Assembly (NCBI RefSeq): GCF_009914755.1
Contig: NC_060925.1
Source of the DNA: the human T2T-CHM13v2.0 reference genome, Homo sapiens
DNA length: 64,000 nt
Reading direction: 5' to 3' (one strand)
Of the stretch, positions 42,431 through 55,980 are shown piece after piece. Position numbers and translations under genes: made by a program. Within the stretch, counting starts at the first letter, position 1. The number at the start of each line of letters is the position of its first letter. The notes under the pieces are model-generated. The model had not been told where the DNA came from, did no database searches, and saw only the letters and a program-made list of their open reading frames with translations.

Positions 42431-42980
42431 TTGCAGCTTCTGCCTCTTGTCTGCAGGGCTGTCCTGGGTCCCAGGGAGTAGATAAACTCTTTGTGACCTG
42501 AAGGAGCAGAGTTCAGATCAAGCCATGGACATTTTAGGGAGCCAGTGTTCGGGTTCCCCATTCTAAGGACCACCTTGTCAGAGACTAAGCTCCCTGACTC
42601 TGGAGGAATTGAGTAAAGGCAGAGTAGCTGCTCTCAGAAATGCCGCAGGAGGATTTTTGTATCAGGCTATGCTTTGGGGGGAGCGTGGGTGGGGCCTGAG
42701 GTATAGGGAAAGGAGCGCTGGTTTTACAGCTTGGAGACCTGCTCAAGTCCCTGTTCTGGCTCCTGGCAAACCTCCCAGTGCTTCAGTTTTCCCCATCTGT
42801 AAAATGAAAATAGAGTACCACAGTAGTTCAGATCATGGGCTTGGAGCCAGGCAGACCTGATTCTGAGTGTAGGTGCTGCCTCTTACCAGCTGTGTGACCA
42901 GGGGCAATTTGCTTAAACTGTCTTAGCTATACTTAACTTTAACCCAGGAATACAATACAAATAGTTGTGTGTGTGTGTGT

Positions 42981-44110
<1,130 letters not shown>

Positions 44111-44159
44111 TGAATTTCTACCTCTTAGGGTTCTCATGAGGGTTCAATGAGATATGCAT

Positions 44160-44618
44160 GTTTGGGTTTCCCCAGAAGCAGATCCCAAGATAAGGATTTG
44201 AACACATGCAGGAAAGTGATTCCAGGAAATGCTGGTAGGGAGTGGGCCTGTGAGACTGGGAGGGGAGGAAGCCCACAGAGAGAGCCTCTTGGAGCAAGTT
44301 GCAAGTTACACTATGGGTAACTGGACCACTGAGGATCACTGGGCGCCTGTGTTGAACACACTTCTGAGAGTTACCCCACTTGCTAGATGAGGAAGCCAGG
44401 TCATTTATCTACTGTCATGTCAGTCATTCTGGGGGTTGGGGTGAAGGTTAATTCTCTAGCACTCTGAGCCTGCCTTGGGAGGGCAGAGCAGGCTCCTGGA
44501 GACCAGAAGAAGCCCTCAGGCAAGGATGCAGCTGCAGGCAATTTGAAGTCAGGCTAGAGTACACTGAAATGGTAGGGCCTGGAGGAATGGGGGTGGAGCG
44601 CCAGCACTGTCTGCTACT
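44160..44618 (-). mobile_element. ERVL-type solo LTR (LTR33-like)
   Basis: The - strand begins ~GTAGCAGACAGTGCTGGCGCTCCACCCCCATTCC and ends ...TCTGCTTCTGGGGAAACCCAAA. Confidence 0.6.
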
Positions 44619-47600
44619 CATGGAGAGCTTGTGGCATAGGAAGCACCCTATCGATGATAGTAATTATTGCTGATAATATTAATGGTAGTTTTACTAATGA
44701 TTATTGTCATTGTGAGGGTTAAATTGGAGGATATTAATCATAGCTCACATATATTGGGTTCTTATAGGTGCCAGCAGTAAGCACTTCTAAGCACTTTACA
44801 TGCTATCTCATTTCATACCTGTAGTAGCTAGTATGTAGGAGAATGCATGATGTGTGGCAGGCAGTCAGTAAATCGCTGTTTCTTCAAACTTGGAAGTTCT
44901 AGAACTTCAGGTGATGAATTTGGGACTGTTCAATGGACCCCTAGATGCTGAGGGTTCTTGTCCCAAACCTCCTGAGCTACAGGCAGCCTCCCTGGTGCCT
45001 TGAGATGCTGACTCAGCAGAGAAAGATGTAAATTCCTACCTTGGTTTGCATACAATTTACACATATTTATTTATGAGTGTCTTTGATTAATGTCAAAGTG
45101 CCTGTGTGATTTTTCTGCCAGGCTTCTGGGCCCTGCAAGGGCATGGCTGGCATCAATGTGGCTGCAGGCTCCGTGTGAGCATGTGGGGGTTCTCGGGTGG
45201 CCTGAAAGTGACAGCCATGGGTAGTGGCTGGCAGCCATAGGTAGTGGCTGGCAGCCATAGAGGGCGTGGTGAGCAGCCTGGAGCCTGTTATTCTAGCGTG
45301 ATTTGGGCAGCTGGTGTGAGTCGGGGATGTCTGTTAGCATGTGGCAGGGTCCAGCCAAGGGACTGGGGGCAGGTCAGGGCTCCAGGCACTGGGGTGAGTG
45401 ACTGTGGGCCCACAGTTGGCCATGGTCTTGGAGGAGCCTGGGTGGCGGCCACATTTTCTGGGTGGGAACTCAGACCCAGGGAGCCAGGACAAGCTCAGGT
45501 TCTAGGACTCATGGTGGTGGGAAAGGCTTCCAAACAAGGCAGAGCTCAGAGGCTGTCTCTGCAGAGTGCCTGCCCCCCGGGGCTGCCCAGGGCAGGAATC
45601 CTCTGCTTAGAAGCTCTGAGAAAGGGAGTGCTCTCTGCAATCAAGGCCTGGGACAGGAATTGAGAAAATCTGCCAATCAGCAAGAATTTTCTGTGTGCTG
45701 GCAGTGCCCAGCCCTGTGTCTGGAACTGTGGAGAAGATCAGTCCTAGCCTGTAAACTTTGGCAGGAGAACTGGTGAGATAAGGAGGGAAGGGCAGACCCC
45801 GACCTTGGTGGAGGCTCTGTGCTTGGCACCATGCGGTACTTACACCCATTATCTCCTTTAATCCTCACAAGAGCCCAGACAGGCAGTTAATGTCATGTCT
45901 CCTCATTACAGGGGAGAAGCAGGGATCAGAGAGCTGTAGTAACTTGCCCAAGGTCACACAGCAAGTAAGTGGAGGAGTCTAGATTTGAACCCAGCTCTGT
46001 TTCATTCCAGAGCCCAAGCACTTGACCAGTTTATTCTGCCTCAGCTAGGTGTAAAATAAGGATAAAACCAAGATCATTTAGTTTTTGTGAGTTAAATGGG
46101 CTCAAGTGTGTGGACAGCTTAGCATGGTGGCTGGCACACAGTAAGTGCTCAGTAAAAGTGTTTTTTTCTTAAGTGGTACAGCAAGGATTCTTAAATCCTG
46201 GTTCATTGCACCCTCGTGTTTGCATGGTACTGTGGTTTTTGCCAAGGCCAATTGGGAGGGCAGACGGTTGGGAACAGAGCATGACCTCTGCTGTGAGTTG
46301 AGTGAGCCCTTGTCATGCAGGGACACTGACAGCCATCAGCAGATGGGTGGGACCACCTGCCAGGCCAGATCCTCTGTTGGCTCAAGGCCCAGCCCTGGAT
46401 AGGGTAGGGACACTGAGGCTGTCTAGTCAGGATGGCCTGGATATACGTGTGTGTGTGTATGTGTGTGTGTGTGTGTGTTTATGGACTTGGTGAGGGTCCT
46501 GGACTAGAGAAGGAGAGACAACTTTGGGAAGTGGGGAGCTCTCCCAGCAGGCAATGGTCAGAGCCCTTTCTTATTTCCAGCTGCAGAGATCTAAATCAGG
46601 TGAGAGCCTGAACCATGTGAAAATGTGTGGGAAATCACTCCTGGCAGAGGGAACAGCAAGTGCAAAGGCCCTGCGGTGGGAATGAACTTAATGTGTACAT
46701 CCACTTTCCACAGTAGCTGTAGAGACAATATTGACTCCAATTCTCCAGTATTTGATGTAGAGGAGCTAAGTGGGGGCAGGATTCATTTATTCCTTCAACA
46801 AACATTTAGTGCCTGCTTTGTGCCAGGCACTATCCTAGATGCCAGTGGCTAACACTTATTTGGTGCTCACTGCTTCTAAGCACTTTATGTATATTATCTC
46901 ATTTAGTCTTCACAGCACCACATTGAGTTGGGGAAGTCTGGGGAGACAGCTGGTCCTCCTCTGTTTCCTCTACCTTCTTCCCATCTCCCAGCCACCTCAG
47001 GTACCCAGTATGTGCCACCCAGGAAGACCAGGATCTCCACAGTGGGTGAGGTGGGGCAGTTCTGAGAACATGACTGCTGCAGGGTCTTTCCCGTCCTGAC
47101 TGGGCCCTGCCTAAGCGCAGGCTGTTAGCCTCCTGGGAGCCACCCAGTGACAGGCTAGAAAGGGTGCTCTCCAGTCAGGCCTGCCTCAGAACATCCCCTC
47201 CCAGGGGGCTTCCAGTTGTACCTTCTCTGTTCCTTCTCTACCACTCAGCTCCTGGCCTCCCTCCAACCCATTTGTGTAGCTTAAGCCCTGTTTTTGGACT
47301 CTGCCTAGGGAGCCACGTTCCAGTTCAGGGCTGAGACTGCTGGCAGGGAGAAAAGAAAAACTTCCATTTTCTGATGGGGCAGTCCCCGAACACTCCCTGT
47401 GGTTTCACTAACTCTGCTGGAGGCAGCAGGGCGGTTCACACTGTGCCCGGCTGACTCTGTCCTTTCCTTACGATGATCAGCTCACAGGGCCTCAGCCAGG
47501 GCAGACTTTTCAGTTCCTAACTGCCCACCTGTGCCTGTGCACCCAGCTTGTGCCCATGACCTGGGCTCCTCACCCTCTTCCGGAGGAAAAGGGGCAGAAA

Positions 47601-47779
47601 AGATTAAATAGAAAATTGCTCAAAATTCAGAGGCCGTGGAACAGATCTGACAGTTCCAATAGACTTTGGTGAATAAATAAACCTGGAAAAAGGGGGTTTT
47701 CTGGGTGGGGTGAAGGAAAAGGAAGGTCTTGTATGATGGGCTACGCTAACCTGGAAACCATGGCTCCATCTGTCATTCC

Positions 47780-47816
47780 ATTCATCCGTCTATCCATCTA
47801 TCCAACCATCCATAAT

Positions 47817-47847
<31 letters not shown>

Positions 47848-47955
47848 TCCTTCCTTCCTTCCTTCCTTCCTTCCTTCCTTCCTTCCTTCCTTCCTTCCTT
47901 CCTTCCTTCCTTCCTTCTCTCCATCCATCCATCCATCCACCCACCCACCCACCCA
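47780..47955. repeat. Compound (CCAT)/(CCTG)/(CCTT)n tetranucleotide repeat
   Basis: Long pure (CCTT)n core. Confidence 0.95.
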
Positions 47956-48039
47956 CTGACTGCTTGCCTGATGCAGCCACCAGCTCAGTTATGCTTGTGG
48001 AGTAAGTGTGCTGGGAGCTCGTCAGTGTTTATGCTTTTA

Positions 48040-48927
<888 letters not shown>

Positions 48928-49592
48928 CTAGGCGGTGAGCTGTGTTGGCTGGAAGTGAAACTGCAGAGGGCCCAAAGGCAAAAGACCCAAATCAGACGGA
49001 GATAGAGATGCAGATAGAGCAGAGGGATATGGAGATTGAGGGGGTGAGGGGGGAGTGGGGGAGAGAGAGAGAGAGTCTCAGAAAGGCAAGACAGAGTCAG
49101 TGAGAGAGGGAAGATTCAAAGGACTGAGAAGAGAAGGATCAGGGGAGGGGAGTCCAGGGCAAGGGAAGAAAGCCGGTGTGGTGGGCTCAGGGAAGCAGGT
49201 CTTTCAAAGGCAGGGGATGCAGAGAGTAATGATAGCTTAATAAAAGCCCCCTCCTGTGTGGACAGCACCCTACAGCGAACAAACTTTCCCACTTGCCAAA
49301 ACTCATTCAGGCCTCCTGATAGCCGGGCTGAGATGGGGTTGGAGATCTCCACGCTGCAGGATGGGGCGGGGAGCTGGAATTGGAACTGGGACTGGCTGGA
49401 GTGGGTAACACAGGGTGGGGGTGGTGAGTGGCTTAGAGACAGAGCCCCCAGCTGGGCCCAAGTCCCTGCAGTGACTGAGACTTCCCCAGCTGTGTTCCCG
49501 GGCCAGGCTTGTGCTCGCCATTCCTGCCACCATGACAGTGCTGCTTTGTTTCCTGGGAGGAGGTGCGTCGCTCTCAAGTCCCGGCTGCTGAC

Positions 49593-50377
49593 TGTAGTGG
49601 ATGCTGTGGTGCATGCTCAGATTCCCCTTCAGGTCTGAGGCGCTCGCTCCCCAGCTTCTGGGTGTGTGGGCTGTGGATGACTCACAGCTGAATCCGTCTC
49701 AGGGAATTGCCTTTGATGGAAGTGGGGGGAGAACCTTGCCCAGCGTTATTCCTCCTCCCTGGGGGCAGCCTGTATCCAATGGCCTATTGATTGTAGGAGT
49801 GGGGGAGTTGTACAAAGGCCAAGTCCCCTTGCATCAACTTGTGACACTACTGAAGGGCCATCCCAGTTCCAGAGGTCCTTGGGAGATTGGCTGAGGCCTT
49901 TGGTATGACTGCATGGCAGATCAATTTCTCCATTTGCCCAACCCTGCTTCCCTCGCTTCCTGTTGTTCTTGGGATTACTCCCCAGTAAACTCCCCCAGAA
50001 ACGGTGAGGCTGTGAGATTAGACACCCAAGAAGGCCAAACTCTGGCCCCTAACAACAGAACTGGTGGAGAGATGTGAACTTGGAGCAGTTGTCACCTCTG
50101 AGACAACTCAGAGGTGGTACAGCTTGAGTGAGCAGAGCCTCCCTGGCCACAGATGCCATGTCCCATCCCCTAGCCATGGACCCCAAGGATAGGGGAGAGA
50201 AGAGGCTTACCCTGTGGGGCTGAGGATTGATCCTTGAGCCCAGCTTTGGAATTGGGACACCAGAGCCTGGGTGTTTCTCAGCCCAGAAGCCTTGCGTGAC
50301 CTTGGGCATGCCCGCTCTGCCTTGCCAATGCCAATCTCACAGTCTCAGAGTATTTCCAGGGATTCTGACCTATGACA
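49593..50377 (+). mobile_element. ERVL solo LTR (LTR16C-like) interrupted by a ~320-bp insertion at ~49997-50320
   Basis: TG start (TGTAGTGGATGCTGTGGTGC...); internal GAAGGGCCATCCCAG...GGCTGAGGCC; poly(A) region CTCCCCAGTAAAC; LTR resumes after the insert with AATCTC...TCTCAGAGT...GACCTATGACA. Confidence 0.75.
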
Positions 50378-51335
50378 CTAATGCTAACCATTGGACACCA
50401 GCCTGGACTCAGCTCAGCTCCCCTCCCTCACATCCTTGTTTTCTTTCTAATTCTTATTGACATCAGACAGGTATCTGTGTATCAGGGAGAAGTCGTAGTA
50501 GGAGGGAATGTTCATCCAGCCCTCCCCACCCTGGGCAAAACCCCTCTGTGCATTCCCAGAAGAAAATTCATAGAGAACTCGTCCCCTAGCGGGTAAGCTC
50601 AGAAGGGGCAGGGCCCTGTGCTGCCTGGCACATGAAAGGTGCTTGATGGTTTTGAGTGATGATGACTCTGGCACCTTTGTGCTCCACCAGAGAGGCAGGA
50701 GGTGTGGTGGTTAGGGTGCTGGAGCCAGACTGCCTGGTTCACATGCCAGCTCTGCCTGTCAGAAGCTGGGTGACCTTGGGTAATAAGGACAAAATGGGTT
50801 AATCTATATCAAAGTACTTAGAACACAAAATGGCCTGTGTTAGCTATTATCATTATTATTATTTTTTTAGTTGTAAGATAACACCTGATCCTCCAGGTTG
50901 TTTGGGCTGTAGATCCCATGTCTAAGAGATGCACACACACATAAGGAGTTATTTCCTTAGTGAACAAGGAGTCTCATGTGTTGCCCTGTATCCCTATAAC
51001 CTCATGCAGTGCAAGCTCCTCACTTGGAAACTCTGCAGACAAGGCAGAGAGGGCTGGGCCAAGGTCATACAATGCTCTGGGCTGAGGAAGACCCAGGCCC
51101 TGGTGTCCAGTTCCCAAGCTGGGCTCAAGGCTCAATTCTCAGCCCCATAGCCTCTTCTCTCCCCTCTCCTTGGGGTCCATGGCTAGGAGACGGGACGTGG
51201 CATCTGTGGGCAGGGAGGCTCTGCTTGCTTAGGGATGGATTGTCTCAGAGGTGACAACTGCTCCAGGCTCATATCTCCCTCTGTATACCCAGTTCTGTTG
51301 TTGGGGGCCAGGGTTTGGCCTTCCTGGGTGTCTAA
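50018..51335. repeat. ~300-bp inverted duplication (arms ~50018-50324 and ~51040-51335)
   Basis: Collinear reverse-complement similarity, with identical 26-bp (50081-50106 / 51240-51265) and 21-bp (50169-50189 / 51167-51187) blocks. Confidence 0.92.
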
Positions 51336-51619
51336 GGGATCAGATGAGAGGCCACTGAAGTTCGGAGGGTTAATCTCTGGCACTGTGCTTGCTGCACAGA
51401 GATTGCAGTGGTCAGGTAACTGTAAATAATAATACCAAACCATAACATTCACCCAGCACTCTCATTCCCTTCCTACCTCATTTACCCCCACGATGATCCC
51501 ACGAAGTAGGACTTGCCCCTTCCACTGCTGCTAGCAGGGGCGGGACTCTAAGCCCTGCCCCTCTGCACCTGGGAACTGCCTCTTACTTGGTCTTCCTGCT
51601 GTCTCACTCCTGCCTCATT

Positions 51620-51929
51620 CGAGCTGTGCTATTTAGTACAGTCCCCACATGTAGCCAGTGGGTGCATGAAATGTGACTAGGTCAACTTGAGATGTGCTGT
51701 AAATACAAAATATGTACTGGTTTTTGAAGATGTGGTATAAAGAAACCAATGTAAAACATCGCTAATAGTTTTTTTATATAGATGACATGTTGAGATGATA
51801 ATATTTTGGGTGAAACAAAATATATTATTGAAGTTAATTTCACCTGATTCCTTACTGTTTTTCATCTGGCCACTAGAAAATTTTAAATTATGCATGTGGC
51901 TTGAAACATATTTCTGTTGGACAGTGCTG
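51620..51929. mobile_element. hAT-Charlie MITE (MER33-like)
   Basis: ttgagatgtgctgtaaat...atattattgaagttaatttcacctg...tgtggct..., ending in the TIR ttggacagtgctg. Confidence 0.75.
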
Positions 51930-51973
51930 CTCTGAAGTCTGTTATTCACACAGCAACCAGGGTTATCCTTTAA

Positions 51974-52510
<537 letters not shown>

Positions 52511-53962
52511 GCTCACAACCCTTTACGAGCTCCTGTGACACAAGATAAAAGCCAATTACTTACCATGGCCTTCCAGACCCTTTGAAGGTGATTCACCCTC
52601 TTGCTTCCTTACAGATCTTCCCTCCTGCCATGTGTGGCTAGCACGTGCTCCTATGTTCTAGCCACACCGTAACTCCTTAAACTTGCTAAGCTTATTTCCA
52701 CCCCAGGGCCTTTGCTTGCTGTTCCCTTTGCAGGGAGTGATTTGCCATCTCTCCATATGTTCACTCTCTCACTTGATTCTGATTTCTGCTAAGATGTCCC
52801 TTCCTCAGGGAGGACTTTTCTGTCCATCATAGCCAAAACAAATGCCTCTGTGCTCTCTAATCCCTCGGGCAGAACATTAGCTCTTATGTAACATTACATA
52901 CATGGCCTAGGGTTTTTCATCCTGTAGTCATGAAAATCCCGTTGGCACTTGGGAAGCTCTTAGAGATACCTAGCTCAATCCTCTCTTTTTATGGAGGGGG
53001 AGATCGAGGTCCAGGGAAGGAAGAAACTTGCCCAAGTTCATAGGTATAGAAATAATAATAGCCAGCTGCCATTTATTGAACATCTGCTCTATGCTAGGGG
53101 TTTCACATCCATTCTTTTGTTTATTCCCATTATTTTCTTAGTAGTCTCTGATTTTGCAGTTGAAGAAGCTGAGGCTCAGAGAGGTTAGGTGATTTGTCTG
53201 AAGTCACATAGCAGGAGGGCATAGACTGGGATTCAGACCCAGATCTGTTTGACACCAAAGATTGGGTTGTTCCTCTGGCCTCTGTGGGTTCCCACATTCC
53301 AGGACCCAGGTCCTGTGTCTCAGGCCAGAAGATTTTCTATATTGGCTGGAGCTTCTGTGGGATGCAGGCAGTGGATGAGAAGGGAAACGACAGCAAATAG
53401 AGGAAGCACAAGTCTCTGGCCTCAGTGTTGGGTGCACACAAAGCAAATGGGAGAAGGAGGAGAGGGGCTCCCTTCCCCTGCCCCAAGGCCCAGCCAGGCA
53501 GGCCCCCAGCAGCCTGGCTGTCTCCCTCCCTTGCGGGCTGGAGCTGCCTCTCCGCCTCTGCCCGCCTGATCGGGGCAGAGCTCGGCTTCATGTATTATTA
53601 ATAGCACTGCCAGCCTTCCTGTTTTCACGCTGATAACCTGCAGGGGAGGGCTGGTGGGAGGGAGGGAGCAAGGTGGCAAACCCTGGAGCTTCTAGGGTCC
53701 CTCCCCCCTCAGTAGAGCAGCTCTGCGGGGGTTGGCCCCAAGTCTCTAAAGTTGGTTTCTAGAGCCTCCCCCATCCAAGCCCACGGGAAGGGACCAGGGC
53801 CTCCTAAAGGGAAATCACATGGGAGGTTGGAACGTGGGGTCTGGGAAGGGCCCTGTTACTCAATCCATCTAGGACACCAATGGCTCAAGTCACCTTGGCC
53901 CTCCCCAGAGGCAGAAGTGCCCATGTCTAGGGCACATGGGGCTCAGAGCTGAGGATTCAGGG

Positions 53963-54066
53963 GTGTGTGTGTGTGTGCATGTATGCACGTGTGAATGTAT
54001 GTGCGTGTGTGTGTGTGTGTGTGTGTATTTGAGAGAGAAAGAGAGAGAGAGAGAGCATGAGAGAGT
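53963..54066. repeat. (TG)n/(AG)n compound microsatellite
   Basis: Seen directly. Confidence 0.9.
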
Positions 54067-54329
54067 GAGTGCTTGGCTCCCAAGGTCCGCTGTGATAAGA
54101 GATCTCTGAGGTCCAGCCACACATAGACTTCAGGCCATATCTGAGCTGGCCTCTGCCTGCCCCCGCTCCCACGCCTAATCTTTTTCCTTTCTAGTGCCCA
54201 ACCTGGAGGCCAAAGGCAGGTTACAGATGGAGCCACCATGTCCGGGACTCTGATGGGTGGGGTGGGTAGGGGCCCGCCCCTTCGATCTGGCCCATAGGCT
54301 GGAGGTGGCTGTAGGGGATAGCAGGTGCC

Positions 54330-54485
54330 AGCTGTGCATCTCTTTCCAACTTCTTGTTCAGTGATGTCACATTGGTTGTTTGAAATTGGTCATGGTGGGA
54401 GGATTTACATTACAAAAATCAGCAAATGCTACAAATCAGGGTTCTGCACCCCTAGAGCCAGTTGTTAGACATTTAGTAGCACAGC
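54330..54485. mobile_element. hAT DNA transposon fragment (MER63-like)
   Basis: catggtgggaggatttac...aaatcagcaaatgctacaaatcaggg...gagccagttgtta. Confidence 0.6.
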
Positions 54486-54539
54486 TCTTGGACCAGTATG
54501 GAAGGCTCTGCTGCATCTCATCTAGAACATGCCTATACC

Positions 54540-54895
<356 letters not shown>

Positions 54896-55589
54896 TGAAG
54901 TCTTTCCTCTTCGCTCTTGCCTGTTATTTTTCAATAATGTAATAAGAGGAGTCATGATATTGGCTAACATTTCTTACGTGCTTGTTAATTATTTTCTGGG
55001 TCTGTTGGAAGAGCTTTACAAGATTCACTTCATCTTCACTGTCATCTAGTGAGTATTATTTCCAGTTTACAGATGAGGTAACTGAGGCACAGAGAGGTTA
55101 AGGAACACTTGAGGTCACACAGCTGGTAAATGGCAGAGCTGGGACCCAGCTGGGACCCCTATCTGGCTCCATGGCTGCTGCTGACAGATACTATGTCATC
55201 CCTGCCTCCCTGCAAGGGCTGCATGTGGGTGCCTCCTACAAGTCTCTGTGACTGTCCTGGCACTTGGGCCTCTCTGACTTCCTTTGCTGTCTCCCCGGAG
55301 CTATGCACTTGGAATTGTCCTTACTGGGCCCAGGTCTCTCCTGCCCCCCCAGACTGGGAGCTGCTTGAGCTCAGTATCTGGGTGTGATTCTTCTGGTGCC
55401 TTCAGTACCTGGCCCAGGAATGAGTGCAGAGAGTACTTGCTGAATGAGCCGCTAGTGGGGGTAACCATGTGGCACAGCACCTGGCACCTGGCACACATGC
55501 CTGTGCACAATGCCCAGTAAGGGGCAGCTGTGCTTATCAGAGCCTGGGCTCCATCTTCCAGCACATTTTGATGAGTGCCTTTCATATGC

Positions 55590-55980
55590 CAGTCCCTGTT
55601 CCAGGAGCTGGGGTTTATCGTGGTAAATAAAACCGACAGAAACTTTGTCCTCTTGGACAAAGCTTATGTTCTGGTAGGGGAGACATCTAATAAACAAGAT
55701 AAAGAATGAAAAGGTAAAGCATTTAGGGATATGTGCTCAGGGGAAAAATAAAGCAGGGAAGAGGCTAGAAAGTGTCCAGGGAGATTTTGATGGGTTGGTC
55801 AGGAGCCTGTCGGACTTCACTGAGAAGGTGCCAGTTAAGGAAGTGAGGGAGTGAGCTATACTGTTTACTGGGGGAAGAACATTCTAGGCCGAGTGAAGTT
55901 CCTGGGGCAGGAACTTGCTGGACATGTTTGAGCAACATCAAGGGGGTCAGTGTGGTTGGGGTGGGCAGAACAGAGGAGAA
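55590..55980 (-). mobile_element. L2 fragment
   Basis: ctttgtcctcttggacaaagcttatgttctggtagggg...ggaagaacattctaggc. Confidence 0.6.
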
